Of a stretch of DNA of 63,425 nt, positions 8,810 to 19,031 are shown piece after piece. Position 1 is the first letter of the stretch, and each line of letters starts with the position of its first letter. Under the pieces are notes generated by a model. The model saw nothing but the letters and a program-made list of their open reading frames with translations, was not told the DNA's origin and did no database searches. Source of the DNA: a bacterium (GTDB lineage: Bacteria; Patescibacteriota; Minisyncoccia; Phycocordibacterales; Zambryskibacteraceae). The DNA lies in assembly GCA_030650605.1 (NCBI GenBank), contig JAUSDP010000035.1:1-63425 (forward strand), read 5' to 3'. The position numbers were made by a program, and so were the translations under genes.

Positions 8810-9165
8810 TGACACGTATTAAACCAAAGTATGGGATCTTGATTTTTTTATTCATATTGCTCATTACCTATTCCCTATATCAAGCACGCGCCCTTCTAAC
8901 CGGTCCTCGAATTTGGGTCGAGAAACCTAAAGATGGGTATTCTGTTAGTGATCCCTTAGTCATCGTAGAAGGTCAATCAAAAAATATTGCATGGATTAGT
9001 TTGAACGACCGTCAAATATTTACAGATGAAGAGGGAAGATGGCGGGAGAAATTGTTAGTCTCCCCCGGCTTAAGTATAATATCCATTAAAGCTCGGGATC
9101 GCTTTGGTCGCGAGACGGAGAAGAATGTGCGAGTTGTCCTGCCTGCGCAGACAGGCTTAAATTAA
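8806..9165 (+). CDS. membrane-anchored hypothetical protein
   Basis: ATGA overlap with the ftsK stop. One N-terminal TM ([15 protein letters not shown]) followed by a small beta domain. Confidence 0.45.
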   Translation: MMTRIKPKYGILIFLFILLITYSLYQARALLTGPRIWVEKPKDGYSVSDPLVIVEGQSKNIAWISLNDRQIFTDEEGRWREKLLVSPGLSIISIKARDRFGRETEKNVRVVLPAQTGLN

Positions 9166-9172
9166 ATTTAAA

Positions 9173-10216
9173 ATGACTAAAATCAAAAATACAGAAACTA
9201 ACCTGCCTGCCAATAGACAAGGAAATATTGAGGCCACTCTCGACGCTATTAGAGTGAAGTTCGGCGAAGATTCTATTATGAAGCTCGGAGACAAGCCCAG
9301 GGTTGGTGTGGATGCCATCTCTACTGGCTCAATCGGTCTCGATGCGGCGCTCGGTGTTGGCGGCCTGCCACGTGGCAGAATTATCGAAATATTTGGACCA
9401 GAATCATCGGGCAAAACTACATTGTCTCTACATGTTATAGCGGAAGCCCAGAAGCTCGGCGGCATTTGCGCTTTCATCGACGCTGAGCATGCTATGGACC
9501 CAGAGTACTCTAAACGTCTCGGGGTTAAGATTGATGAACTTTTGATTTCCCAACCGGACACAGGTGAACAAGCCCTTGAGATTGTAGATTCCTTGGTACG
9601 TTCAGGCAAGCTCGACGTTATAGTTATAGATTCGGTAGCAGCGCTAACGCCCAAGGATGAGATTGAGGGCGACATGGGAGCTTACCATGTTGGCAAGCAG
9701 GCACGCCTGATGAGTCAGGCCTTGCGCAAACTCACCGCCATCGTGGCAAAATCAAAAACCATCGTCATCTTTATCAATCAGATTCGCATGCAGATAGGTG
9801 TGATGTTTGGCAATCCCGAAACTACCCCGGGTGGTAAGGCGCTCAAATTTTATACCTCGGTACGTCTCGATATCCGCCGTATTGCTCAAATTAAAAAAGG
9901 AGATGAGGTTATGGGTGGGCGCACTCGGGTTAAAGTAGTGAAAAATAAAGTAGCGGCGCCTTTCCGACAAACAGAATTTGATTTGATGTATAACGAAGGC
10001 ATTTCTCGCGAAGGAGAGCTGATTGCGCTGGGCGAGAAATTCGGCATTATGAAAAAGTCTGGTAATTCATACGAATATGTTTCCGCCTCTTCGGCGGACA
10101 AGGAGACCTTGAAACTCGGCCGAGGCTATGATTCCACTCGTCAATTTCTGCGCGAGAACAAAAAAATCTCTGAGCAAATTTTGAAAGATATTAGATTGAA
10201 ACTAAAAGAAGTATAG
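9173..10216 (+). CDS. recA: recombinase RecA
   Basis: [21 protein letters not shown] (Walker A), [38 protein letters not shown]. Confidence 0.95.
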   Translation: MTKIKNTETNLPANRQGNIEATLDAIRVKFGEDSIMKLGDKPRVGVDAISTGSIGLDAALGVGGLPRGRIIEIFGPESSGKTTLSLHVIAEAQKLGGICAFIDAEHAMDPEYSKRLGVKIDELLISQPDTGEQALEIVDSLVRSGKLDVIVIDSVAALTPKDEIEGDMGAYHVGKQARLMSQALRKLTAIVAKSKTIVIFINQIRMQIGVMFGNPETTPGGKALKFYTSVRLDIRRIAQIKKGDEVMGGRTRVKVVKNKVAAPFRQTEFDLMYNEGISREGELIALGEKFGIMKKSGNSYEYVSASSADKETLKLGRGYDSTRQFLRENKKISEQILKDIRLKLKEV

Positions 10217-10224
10217 CCACTCTT

Positions 10225-10497
10225 CTACTTGTATATATCGTGTGTACCTACATCTAAAAACAAAACTTCTTCTTCAGCTAAAAAGATAAACTTTATCCGA
10301 TACGTATAATCTATCCAAAAAACCCAGGAGTCTTTATCTTTCCCATGGAGCTTATGAGTGCGAAGATGTGGATCAAAAGTATCCTCTCGAAAAATTTGTT
10401 CATGTTCTTTCGCTTTTTTAATAATCTTTCTAGGTAGACGTGACAGATGTTTTAGAAAAACCAGAGAATACTTAATTCCGTTTATTTTTCTTGGCAT
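10225..10497 (-). CDS. RelE/YafQ-like type II toxin
   Basis: About 90 aa, basic, with ...THKLHGKDKDSWVFWIDYTYRIKFIFL..EVLFLDVGTHDIYK. Overlaps the upstream small antitoxin-like gene. Confidence 0.55.
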   Translation of the reverse strand: MPRKINGIKYSLVFLKHLSRLPRKIIKKAKEHEQIFREDTFDPHLRTHKLHGKDKDSWVFWIDYTYRIKFIFLAEEEVLFLDVGTHDIYK

Positions 10498-10720
10498 AAA
10501 TTTTCATAGCTTCGCCAAGAGATTCAGCAGTAATCACCTTACCCTCTCGATACTCTTTTAATCCTCGTTCTACCAATTTATCCAAATTCTTCGCATCCTT
10601 CCCCTTCAGATAATACGTAGGCACGACTTGTTCAAAAAGTTTTCGATACTCACTTAAAGAAAGGACAACGACGCCCCCCTCTTTACGTATTTTATTTTTT
10701 GAAATAGTAATCGTATTCAT
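10472..10720 (-). CDS. antitoxin partner of 10225-10497
   Basis: 82 aa, MNTITISKNKIRKEGGVVVLSLSEYRKL.... Paralog of 49104-49367. Lies 5' of the toxin and overlaps it. Confidence 0.5.
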   Translation of the reverse strand: MNTITISKNKIRKEGGVVVLSLSEYRKLFEQVVPTYYLKGKDAKNLDKLVERGLKEYREGKVITAESLGEAMKIYAKKNKRN

Positions 10721-10845
10721 GCTCCGATAATAGCAGAATGCTCAAGAAAAACAAGGTTGGCAATCCCCATTGCTCGCAAATCCTTGCTATAAATCATATT
10801 TCCCTAGGTCTTTCCTAGGAGAGTGCGTCTACTAGACTATTTGAA

Positions 10846-10888
10846 ATTAAAAAACTGCCTGCACGAGTATGATCTCGTGCAGGCAGTT
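10846..10888 (-). terminator. strong hairpin terminator of 10924-11133
   Basis: 15-bp perfect stem AACTGCCTGCACGAG / CTCGTGCAGGCAGTT with loop TATGAT, followed on the minus strand by TTTTTTAATTT. Confidence 0.75.
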
Positions 10889-10923
10889 GGGAGTTTCGGC
10901 TTTTGTGTGGACTTGAAGATTAC

Positions 10924-11133
10924 TTAACGGAGAGTTTCCCCAATGTCTTTGTCAGAGAGCAGATACAAAATGTCTGGATGGTCGTATTGTTTGTTGTCGA
11001 ATGCTGTCAGAGCGCTCTCTATCCTGTCGGTTCCGTGTAGTCCCCAACCTCTTCCCAGTAAAACTCTTATACTAATGAGTTGTGCCTCTGTTGCTACTGA
11101 AAGAGCCCTCTTGACTAGATTTGATCTTACCAT
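10924..11133 (-). CDS. small hypothetical protein (69 aa)
   Basis: ATG at 11133 preceded by GAAGGGAGGTGAATATA (strong SD). The track start at 11169 lacks an SD. Terminator immediately downstream. Confidence 0.45.
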   Translation of the reverse strand: MVRSNLVKRALSVATEAQLISIRVLLGRGWGLHGTDRIESALTAFDNKQYDHPDILYLLSDKDIGETLR

Positions 11134-11265
11134 TATATTCACCTCCCTTCTTTTGTTTGATGCTGGCATTACATCTCAGTCTACCTGTATTAGACACCCA
11201 TATAATATATTTGTCAAGTATATTTTGTATCTAAAATAAGCTATATTTGAGGCCTTATTTAAATC

Positions 11266-11850
11266 ATGCTCGAGTATAGCGAAATTAAGAAAGGTAAATA
11301 TATTGTTTTTGAAGATGAGCCTTATGAGGTGGTTAATTCACACGTTTTTCGTAAACAACAGAGAAAACCGGTCAACGCTACTAAATTAAGAAGTCTTTTG
11401 ACCGGTAGAATCGTAGAGCATTCTTTCCACGTTTCTGACAAAGCCCAAGAAGCTATAATTGATAAAAAAGAGATAAAATATTTATACACTAACAAGGGAG
11501 AATATTGGTTTTCTGAAGCCAATGATCCAAGCAAACGATTCAAACTACTGGAGGAAATAATCGGTCCGGGAGCCAAGTTCCTCAAGCCAAATATATTAGT
11601 TACTGCGATGCTCTTTAATGACCCTTCGAATACCTCAGGGCAAGTAAAAATTATTGGCTTAGGACTTCCTATCAAAATGGAACTCAGGGTAACTGAGGCT
11701 CACGAAACGACTAAAGGCAACACGGCTCAAGGAGCAACTAAAGCAGTAAAACTTGAAACGGGAGTAGAGATTCAAGTGCCGATGTTTATCAAAGAAGGCG
11801 ACACCATCAGAGTCAATACGGAGACTGGCGATTACGCAGATCGAATATAA
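11266..11850 (+). CDS. efp: translation elongation factor P
   Basis: IKKGKYIVFEDEPYEVVNSHVFRKQQRKPVNATKLRSLLTGR... matches the EF-P N-terminal KOW-like domain plus OB domains. The length fits. Confidence 0.88.
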   Translation: MLEYSEIKKGKYIVFEDEPYEVVNSHVFRKQQRKPVNATKLRSLLTGRIVEHSFHVSDKAQEAIIDKKEIKYLYTNKGEYWFSEANDPSKRFKLLEEIIGPGAKFLKPNILVTAMLFNDPSNTSGQVKIIGLGLPIKMELRVTEAHETTKGNTAQGATKAVKLETGVEIQVPMFIKEGDTIRVNTETGDYADRI

Positions 11851-12091
11851 GACCAACTAAAAGTCCGAGGAAACTCCAAACAAGGACGACAAACCATAAT
11901 TCGTGATACATAACTAAGTTATTACCTACAATCTTGTAAGCCAGTATTAAGGGTAAAAATATAGGAACGGCAAGATGGTCTGTTACACAGCCAGCGCCAG
12001 TCGGTACGGGACACAATAGTTTCAAAACTAGCGAGAGTCCGATAAACGCTGGCCCGAAGAGCGCTCCTTGAATGGAGAATGGTATACGCAT
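11813..12091 (-). CDS. small hydrophobic membrane protein (hypothetical)
   Basis: 92 aa with 2-3 predicted TM helices. Lies downstream of rpsR on the same strand. Its end converges on and overlaps the efp end. Confidence 0.35.
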   Translation of the reverse strand: MRIPFSIQGALFGPAFIGLSLVLKLLCPVPTGAGCVTDHLAVPIFLPLILAYKIVGNNLVMYHELWFVVLVWSFLGLLVGLIFDLRNRQSPY

Positions 12092-12130
12092 GTTTAAATT
12101 ATAACCTAAACTATCTTGATGCGCCTCGTC

Positions 12131-12334
12131 TCAACGGGACACGTATGGTAAAAGACCGAGGAAACGGGCACGTTTAATCGCCAGAGCAAGCTCGTGTTCA
12201 AACTTGGCAGGGATACCAGAGCGTTTGCGAGATTGAATACGAGCATGAGGCGTCAGAAACTTTTTCAGAGTTTCGACATCTTTATAGTCAATATGTGTAA
12301 TCTTATTTTCTTTGAAGTAATTCTGTTTTCTCAT
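12131..12334 (-). CDS. rpsR: 30S ribosomal protein S18
   Basis: IDYKDVETLKKFLTPHARIQSRKRSGIPAKFEHELALAIKRARFLGLLPY. Confidence 0.9.
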   Translation of the reverse strand: MRKQNYFKENKITHIDYKDVETLKKFLTPHARIQSRKRSGIPAKFEHELALAIKRARFLGLLPYVSR

Positions 12335-12339
12335 TTTAT

Positions 12340-12786
12340 TTAAAATGGTATATCGTCAACATTAACATTCTCTTCAGGATAATCTATAGCGTCAATTCCC
12401 ACACCCTCTTCTGAGGTCGAGATCCCGACTTTAGATATCGGAGCTGGGATACCACCTTCCTTTTTAGGTCCGAATTGTACTCTATCAGCTATAATCTCTG
12501 TACGATAGTTCTTCTTGCCATCTCCACTATCCCAACTCCTAGTCTGTATACGTCCTTCTATATAAATACCGGAGCCCTTTTTCATATATTGATTCACAGT
12601 TTCAGCCGTACGCCCAAAAGCTACAACATTGTGATATTCTACGCTCTCTTGCTTCTGACCATTCTTATCTTTCCACGTATGATTGGTGGCCACCGAAAAA
12701 TTAACTACCGTTGAGCCACTTGGTAGAGATTTGAGTTCCGGGTCTCTAGTGAGATTACCGTAAATGATAGCCTTGTTTATGTACAT
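12340..12786 (-). CDS. ssb: single-stranded DNA-binding protein
   Basis: MYINKAIIYGNLTRDPELK... OB fold, ...YIEGRIQTRSW, and an acidic tail ending DDIPF. Confidence 0.92.
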   Translation of the reverse strand: MYINKAIIYGNLTRDPELKSLPSGSTVVNFSVATNHTWKDKNGQKQESVEYHNVVAFGRTAETVNQYMKKGSGIYIEGRIQTRSWDSGDGKKNYRTEIIADRVQFGPKKEGGIPAPISKVGISTSEEGVGIDAIDYPEENVNVDDIPF

Positions 12787-12798
12787 TATTTTATGATT

Positions 12799-13230
12799 TT
12801 ATTTTACCACGGCTTCTTCATCAGAGCTAGGCGCAAGTGCTTCTTTGTCTTCTATTACCGCTCTGGCTTTCGCAAAAGTAAAAGTAGTTTCGCGCGGAGC
12901 TTTAATTAAAAGAAATCGTAAAATTTCTTCTACTTTTTCTATATTAGCTTTGATGGCCGAAACTTTGGCCCTATCGGATTCAAACTTAATCCAACCCATA
13001 TAGGCATCGTTGACGACATAATGACTTGCACCGATAGTCTTTGACATTGAATAAGCAAGAGCTTCTTTAAAAGGTTCCTCGGCATCAATTTCTATACCAC
13101 CCTCTGACTTAATCACTTTTCTGATAGCATTCGTGACATCAGAAAGTTTGTTTTCCGAAATACTCGGCAAGATCAAGAAGCCTAATTCATAGACGGTTAG
13201 TTCCTCTGCTAGAGCTCCTGCATTTCTCAT
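12799..13230 (-). CDS. rpsF: 30S ribosomal protein S6
   Basis: YELGFLILPSISE... and its position in the conserved rpsF-ssb-rpsR arrangement. Confidence 0.8.
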   Translation of the reverse strand: MRNAGALAEELTVYELGFLILPSISENKLSDVTNAIRKVIKSEGGIEIDAEEPFKEALAYSMSKTIGASHYVVNDAYMGWIKFESDRAKVSAIKANIEKVEEILRFLLIKAPRETTFTFAKARAVIEDKEALAPSSDEEAVVK

Positions 13231-14009
13231 AAGTCGAACCAGCCTATCATAGAAAGTGCGTTATTGACAAGAGCGCCTCTTATCACCTCCTCACTTTCTT
13301 CTCTAATCTCTGCCATTCTCTTGATTACCTCACTAACATAACTCGGCTCGTTACGTCTGCCTCGATATGGTACTGGAGTCACATAAGGCGAGTCTGTTTC
13401 GGACATAATCATACTAAGAGGAGCGATTCTAATAACCTCATCATAATCATGCGTGAAAGTAATTACCCCTGTGAAAGAAATTGTGAAACCGATATCGAAA
13501 AATCTTTTAGCAATCTCCGCATTACCAGCAAAAAAATGTACATTTCCTCTAAGTCTAGCGGCATGCTTTAATTTAAGCGATTCTAAAATGTGCAGAATTT
13601 CCTCATAAGCATCGCGTGCGTGAATCATGATTGGTTTATTACAAGCAACAGCAAAATTAATTTGATCTAAGAATAATTTCTTCTGCCTCTCATAATCAGT
13701 AACTTTATCGGCGTGAAAAAAATCCATACCGCATTCCCCTATTGCCACCACTTTTGAATGTTTAGTTAATTCCTCAAATTTAATGATTTCAAAACCTTGA
13801 TCTGGGTTATCTACAGGGTGAACTCCAACACAGGCATAGATCTCTACATATTTTTCTGCCAAATCTACAGCTATTTTTGATGATTCAAAATCTGTTCCAA
13901 CTACTATTGTATAAGTTTCTGTCTCCCTTAATCTCTTTACAACCTCATCCAAATCTTTCTCGTAATCTGGAGAATTAAGGTGAGAATGGATATCAAAATA
14001 CTTAGGCAT
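13227..14009 (-). CDS. tatD: TatD-family metal-dependent hydrolase/DNase
   Basis: FDIHSHL, VAIGECGMDF, IMIHARDA and ETDSPY motifs. Confidence 0.85.
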   Translation of the reverse strand: MPKYFDIHSHLNSPDYEKDLDEVVKRLRETETYTIVVGTDFESSKIAVDLAEKYVEIYACVGVHPVDNPDQGFEIIKFEELTKHSKVVAIGECGMDFFHADKVTDYERQKKLFLDQINFAVACNKPIMIHARDAYEEILHILESLKLKHAARLRGNVHFFAGNAEIAKRFFDIGFTISFTGVITFTHDYDEVIRIAPLSMIMSETDSPYVTPVPYRGRRNEPSYVSEVIKRMAEIREESEEVIRGALVNNALSMIGWFDL

Positions 14010-15417
14010 CTTTGCGTGGAAAAAGAGATGCCGGCATCTTATTTTCTTTTATAGCTGATAGGATTTTTGCGCTTGTTTCTGGCATAAAAGGCGTGAGCGA
14101 GAATCCGATTTGGGCAAGTCTAATTACTAGATCAGCGATCACTTCTCGATCTTTTGATTCCCATGGTTTTTTCTCTTGAATTAAAGCATCTAGATCTCCC
14201 ATCTCCATCCAAATATAATTCATAGCTTTCTGAATTTCAAATTTATCCAAAAACGACGCTAGCTCTTTGTCAAAAATCAAGCTTTTTACAATTACTGGTT
14301 GAGAAAGACGAGTTTCAGCTAATTTCATAACACGAGAAACAAGGTTGCCCAATCCATTTGCAAGATTAGCATTGTAGGCGATCTTTAACTTATCCCAGGA
14401 AACATCTGTGTCTTCAAACTGGTTAAATTCACGTGCTATAAAATAACGCAGGGCATCAAGACCATATTTGGCTATAACTTCTTGTGGACTAACAACATTA
14501 CCCAAACTTTTAGCCATCTTTTGGCCTTCATAATTTATGAAACCATGAATGACAATTTGTCGCGAAGGTGGTAAGCCAACCGCCATAAGCATGGCCTGCC
14601 ACATGGCCGCTTGTTGACGTATCTGGTCCTTGCCCGCAAACTGAACCACTGGCCACCACTTCTCAAACTCCCTCATGCTATCGGGCCAGCCTATGGTAGA
14701 AATATAATTTACTAAGGCATCAAACCAGACATACATGACATGTTTATCATCCCCGGGAACATCTATACCCCAAGGCATTTTCTCCTTCAGGCGTGAGATT
14801 GAGAAGTCTTCCAGCCCTCTTTCAATCAAGACCCTTATCTCATTCAATCTATAATTAGGTATGACGAAATCTGGATTGTTTTTATAAAAATCTAGTAGAG
14901 GTTTTTCAAAAGCAGAGAATTTGAAGAAATAATTTTCCTCTTCCAAAAATATAATATCGAGATTAGGATGCAGGAAGCACTTACCATTTATAAGATCGTG
15001 ATCAAGTCTTTCCAGCTCACATCCAGAGCAGTATTTTGTTTTGTACAGCTTCTTGTAGATATAACCATTCTTATCGCATAATTCCCAGAAATTTTGGGCA
15101 GATTTTTTGTGTTGAGAATCAGTGGTTCTAATAAAATGCAGATCTTCCTTCAGACCAAGAACATCTTTAAGCTCTTTAAACCTTGTGACATAACGATCAA
15201 CATAAGCTTGCGGATCTTCGCCGAAACCCAAAGCTTTTTGATAAAGTTTCAGTCCATGTTCATCCGTTCCAGTATTAAAAAAAACTTCGAAACCACAGAG
15301 TTCCTTATAACGTGCGATAATATCTGCGTGGATAAGCTCCATAGCAAAACCGATATGCGGTTCCGCATTGACATAAGGTAACGTCGTCGTGATGTAGAAA
15401 CTTTTGTTTTGAGACAT
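14002..15417 (-). CDS. metG: methionyl-tRNA synthetase (short form)
   Basis: TTLPYVNAEPHIGFAMELIHADIIARY (HIGH-type region) and KMAKSLGN (KMSKS). Confidence 0.9.
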   Translation of the reverse strand: MSQNKSFYITTTLPYVNAEPHIGFAMELIHADIIARYKELCGFEVFFNTGTDEHGLKLYQKALGFGEDPQAYVDRYVTRFKELKDVLGLKEDLHFIRTTDSQHKKSAQNFWELCDKNGYIYKKLYKTKYCSGCELERLDHDLINGKCFLHPNLDIIFLEEENYFFKFSAFEKPLLDFYKNNPDFVIPNYRLNEIRVLIERGLEDFSISRLKEKMPWGIDVPGDDKHVMYVWFDALVNYISTIGWPDSMREFEKWWPVVQFAGKDQIRQQAAMWQAMLMAVGLPPSRQIVIHGFINYEGQKMAKSLGNVVSPQEVIAKYGLDALRYFIAREFNQFEDTDVSWDKLKIAYNANLANGLGNLVSRVMKLAETRLSQPVIVKSLIFDKELASFLDKFEIQKAMNYIWMEMGDLDALIQEKKPWESKDREVIADLVIRLAQIGFSLTPFMPETSAKILSAIKENKMPASLFPRKDA

Positions 15418-15419
15418 AG

Positions 15420-16490
15420 CTAAGAGGAAGACTTAGTTTCGGACATTTGAGCAATCTTACGTTCCTCAAAATCAGAGATAAATTCTATGACTGCAGCCGC
15501 CACCGGCACTGAGATAAGTACTCCAAGAAAACCGGCTAGTGTGCCGCCAATAACTAAAGCAATAATGGAAATCATTGGTGATATGCCAACCATTTTTCTC
15601 TGTACTAAAGGATAAATAAGGTGACTTTCAAGCTGTTGAATCACAATATAAAGTCCAGCCACGATAAGGGTAACATTTATACCACCCCAAGTATAAGCCA
15701 CAAATAAAGTTGGGATGGCTGCGAGAGTCGCGCCAAAAAGTGGAATGAGCTCGAAGATTCCAGCCAAAACTGCTAAGAGTAACGCATGTGGCACACCTAC
15801 GATCAAAAGAGAGATATAGATAAGTACTGTCATCAAAGCTGATGAGAGAAGTTGACCTTGCATCCAAAGCCCGATTTTATGCTGTGAACGTCTCCATAGT
15901 CCAATAACATATTTTTCATGTTGTATAGGTGTAATTATTTTCAGAAACTTACTAATTCCATCTTCTTGCGCTACTAAATAGAAAGAGAGGACCAAAATGA
16001 GAACAAAATTTAAGACTCCTCCAAAGATTAATGAAACGCTTGAAAATACTCCCTGTGAAAGAAAGTGGGCCAAAGAATTCAGCTGAGTGCTTAGTTCTCT
16101 GATAACAATAGGTGTGTCAAAACCTCCAAATAGATTTTGGGTTTGAAACATTTCGGATAGAACTCCGCCGTTTGTGATAGAATTGGAATATATCGTCAAA
16201 GTTCTTATAAAACTTGATACCTCGCCAACCAGAGGTAAGAGTAGGGAATAAAAAAGACCGGCTATCACTAGTGCCGAAGTTAAATAAACTAGGAACACCA
16301 CAGGTAAGCGAGGAATATTTCTCTTCTTGGCCCAACCAACTATCGGCTCTATAGCTGAAGCGACAACAATTGAAGCGATGATGACTAGGATAAATTGGCT
16401 AACCAGAAAGAATGCATAAGCGATAGCCACTACCATCACCCCTCGCACCCAGCTACCAGTAGTAATTTCCCACTTTTGCTTAGCATCCAT
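15420..16490 (-). CDS. AI-2E family transporter (PerM/UPF0118)
   Basis: 356 aa polytopic membrane protein with the characteristic ...LFELIPLFGATLAAIP... segment. Confidence 0.75.
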   Translation of the reverse strand: MDAKQKWEITTGSWVRGVMVVAIAYAFFLVSQFILVIIASIVVASAIEPIVGWAKKRNIPRLPVVFLVYLTSALVIAGLFYSLLLPLVGEVSSFIRTLTIYSNSITNGGVLSEMFQTQNLFGGFDTPIVIRELSTQLNSLAHFLSQGVFSSVSLIFGGVLNFVLILVLSFYLVAQEDGISKFLKIITPIQHEKYVIGLWRRSQHKIGLWMQGQLLSSALMTVLIYISLLIVGVPHALLLAVLAGIFELIPLFGATLAAIPTLFVAYTWGGINVTLIVAGLYIVIQQLESHLIYPLVQRKMVGISPMISIIALVIGGTLAGFLGVLISVPVAAAVIEFISDFEERKIAQMSETKSSS

Positions 16491-16505
16491 ATAATTATAT
16501 TAACA

Positions 16506-17777
16506 TTATTTGAAAGAAAGGACTTTTTTTAGGTCATTTTTATCTGTGATACTACCAACGATAGCTAAATTAAGTTTATCATCTCTAAAAATATCTGCGG
16601 CCACTCGCATTATATTTTTGGCAGTAACTTTGCGAATATTTTTCTCAAGTTCTTGAAGATTTTTTAATTTACCAGTAATAATTTCTTGGACAGCATAAAA
16701 TTCAGCGACTGAATCCGTAGTTTCAAGACCGAGATAGAGATGTCCGACATAGTGTTCTTTGACTTTCTGCAATTCCTCGTCGGAGATTGGGGCTTTGGAT
16801 AATTTACGGCATTCCTCTAAAATCACCTTTGTCACTTCTTTAGTGCGAGAAACATTAACCCCCACCGAAATAGCAAAAATTCCATGATCCGTACCCCCAT
16901 CGTTTTCTGCCCTGACATAATAACAAGCACCCATTTCATCACGTAGCTTATGGAATAAACGCGACGACATACCTTGACCCAAAATTTCAGCCAGTAAGGT
17001 TAGGGCGGGAATCCTTTTATCCTTGGCATTATAAGCTCGAAAAGCCATTATCATGTGAGTCTGGTCAGTTTTCTTTTTATGAATAAGTAGTCCTGGTGAT
17101 TTTTGTTTTTCATTCACCACTGATCTAGAAAGTTTTCTATCTTTTGAAATATTGTGAAAATTCTTTTTTACTTCTTTAAGTACCGCTCGCTCACTAATAT
17201 CTCCTGCTACAATAACTATAGTTTTAGAAGCTACATAGTGTTTACTTCTATAATTAACAAAATCCCGACGACTAAATTTTTTTATATTCTCTCGCGTACC
17301 CAAGATACTCCTACCAGCGGGCACATTCCCATACATGAGTTCTGAAAGTACATACCCGACTTTCCTCTGCGGCAAATCTTCATACATGTTAATCTCTTCC
17401 AAAATAACTCCTCTCTCCTTTTCTATATCGTCTATGGGTAAGGTGGGGTTAAGATACAGATCAGAAATAATTTCAAATAGTTTAGAGAAATGCTTCTTGG
17501 CAGCTTTGGCATAATAACCAGTAAACTCGTTAGAGGTAAAGGCATTATTTTGCGCGCCAAGACCGTCCAATTCCTTGGCTATATCAGTAACTTTCGGCCT
17601 ATTCGTTGTGCCCTTAAAACACATATGTTCCAGAAAATGGGAGAGGCCGTTCTCGGCCTTAGTTTCGTAATTTGAACCAGTTTCAACCATCACCAAAACC
17701 ATTATGGCCGGATTATCTTTCATCGGCGCCGTGATAATTCTCAGACCATTTAGAAGTGTTTCCTTCTTAAAATTCAT
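16506..17777 (-). CDS. M16-family (pitrilysin-like) zinc peptidase
   Basis: Inverted zinc motif HFLEHMCFKGT. About 420 aa, two-domain length. Confidence 0.8.
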   Translation of the reverse strand: MNFKKETLLNGLRIITAPMKDNPAIMVLVMVETGSNYETKAENGLSHFLEHMCFKGTTNRPKVTDIAKELDGLGAQNNAFTSNEFTGYYAKAAKKHFSKLFEIISDLYLNPTLPIDDIEKERGVILEEINMYEDLPQRKVGYVLSELMYGNVPAGRSILGTRENIKKFSRRDFVNYRSKHYVASKTIVIVAGDISERAVLKEVKKNFHNISKDRKLSRSVVNEKQKSPGLLIHKKKTDQTHMIMAFRAYNAKDKRIPALTLLAEILGQGMSSRLFHKLRDEMGACYYVRAENDGGTDHGIFAISVGVNVSRTKEVTKVILEECRKLSKAPISDEELQKVKEHYVGHLYLGLETTDSVAEFYAVQEIITGKLKNLQELEKNIRKVTAKNIMRVAADIFRDDKLNLAIVGSITDKNDLKKVLSFK

Positions 17778-17856
17778 AGTGGAAGCAGTGTATCAATTAT
17801 TTCCCCAACCCGCTACTACATCTAATTTATACGACCGTGAGCTATAGATGTACAGA

Positions 17857-19020
17857 CTATTTGAGTTTAAAAACTAAATCAGATATAGAAATTCGTTCCT
17901 GTTCGCCGGTGTCGCGATCGCGGAGGGTAACGGTGTTATTTGTGAGAGTATCGAAGTCTATAGTGATACAGAAAGGTGTACCGATTTCATCTTGTCTTCT
18001 GTAACGCTTGCCAATATTGCCATTGTCGTCAAATTGAATGCTTGGAATCTCTTTTTTTAGCATCGTGTAAACTTCCCGAGCCTTAGAGACAAGTTCTGGT
18101 TTGTTTTTTAGAAGCGGAAAAACTGCCGCTCGTACTGGGGCAATATTTTTATTTAGTTTCAGATAAATTCTTGTTTCTCCACCTAATTCATCTTCCGTAT
18201 AGGCAGATAGAAGGATGGCCAACACGGTCCGGTCAACACCTAGAGAAGGTTCCACAACATGTGGGACAAATCTTTTCCCCGATTCTTCATCAAAATAATC
18301 CAGAGAATGATTGTTTAAATCAAAATCGGTGCGATAAGCCAGACCCCACAATTCGCCTCGTCCAAATGGGTAATCGAATTGGAAGTCGATAGTACGCTTA
18401 GAATAATGCGCCCTCTCGTCTTGTGATACTTCTAGTTCATGAACTGTTTTTATACCAACTTCCTTTGCAAAACTATTCATTGTTTCTCTCCAGTTCTCAA
18501 AATGCTTACTCCAATCTTCTTCTTTAGTAAAATACTCAACTTCCATCTGTTCAAATTCTCTTGATCGAAAAATAAAGTCCCTTGGAGAAATTTCATTTCT
18601 AAATGCCTTACCAATTTGCCCTACTCCGAAAGGAAGCTTCGGGTGATGAACATCAACTAAATTTTTAAAATCTGCAAAAATACCTTGGGCAGTTTCTGGA
18701 CGTAGGTGAGTTGTTATCGCTTCGTCCCCTGTCCCGACCTGAATTTTAAAAATTTCATTACCGAAATTCGACACGTGACCAGATGATTCCAAAACTTTAG
18801 GATTACTTATGATGGAAGTGTCTGTGACAAACATATCATTACGATCAAATATAAATCTCTGCTTCCAAAAACATTTAATGTTCTCTTTTAAGATTGAACC
18901 GTAATGACCGTAATTCCAGAAACCAGAGAAGCCACCATATATCTCTGAACTCGGATAAATAAACCCGCGCCTTTTGCAAAGCGAAACTATTTTCTCCATT
19001 TTTCCTAAATCTTGAATCAT
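17857..19020 (-). CDS. glyQS: glycyl-tRNA synthetase (alpha2 type, shortened)
   Basis: MEKIVSLCKRRGFIYPSSEIYGGFSGFWNYGHYG, RPETAQGIF, FRNEISPR, and a C-terminal anticodon-binding domain. Probable start is the MEKIV Met at 18999. Confidence 0.85.
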   Translation of the reverse strand: MIQDLGKMEKIVSLCKRRGFIYPSSEIYGGFSGFWNYGHYGSILKENIKCFWKQRFIFDRNDMFVTDTSIISNPKVLESSGHVSNFGNEIFKIQVGTGDEAITTHLRPETAQGIFADFKNLVDVHHPKLPFGVGQIGKAFRNEISPRDFIFRSREFEQMEVEYFTKEEDWSKHFENWRETMNSFAKEVGIKTVHELEVSQDERAHYSKRTIDFQFDYPFGRGELWGLAYRTDFDLNNHSLDYFDEESGKRFVPHVVEPSLGVDRTVLAILLSAYTEDELGGETRIYLKLNKNIAPVRAAVFPLLKNKPELVSKAREVYTMLKKEIPSIQFDDNGNIGKRYRRQDEIGTPFCITIDFDTLTNNTVTLRDRDTGEQERISISDLVFKLK

Positions 19021-19031
19021 ATATCTAAAAT

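Noticed and set aside
9157-9675. 172-aa minus-strand ORF
   Set aside because: It is antisense to recA. Its low-complexity Ser/Pro-rich translation is typical of a shadow frame.
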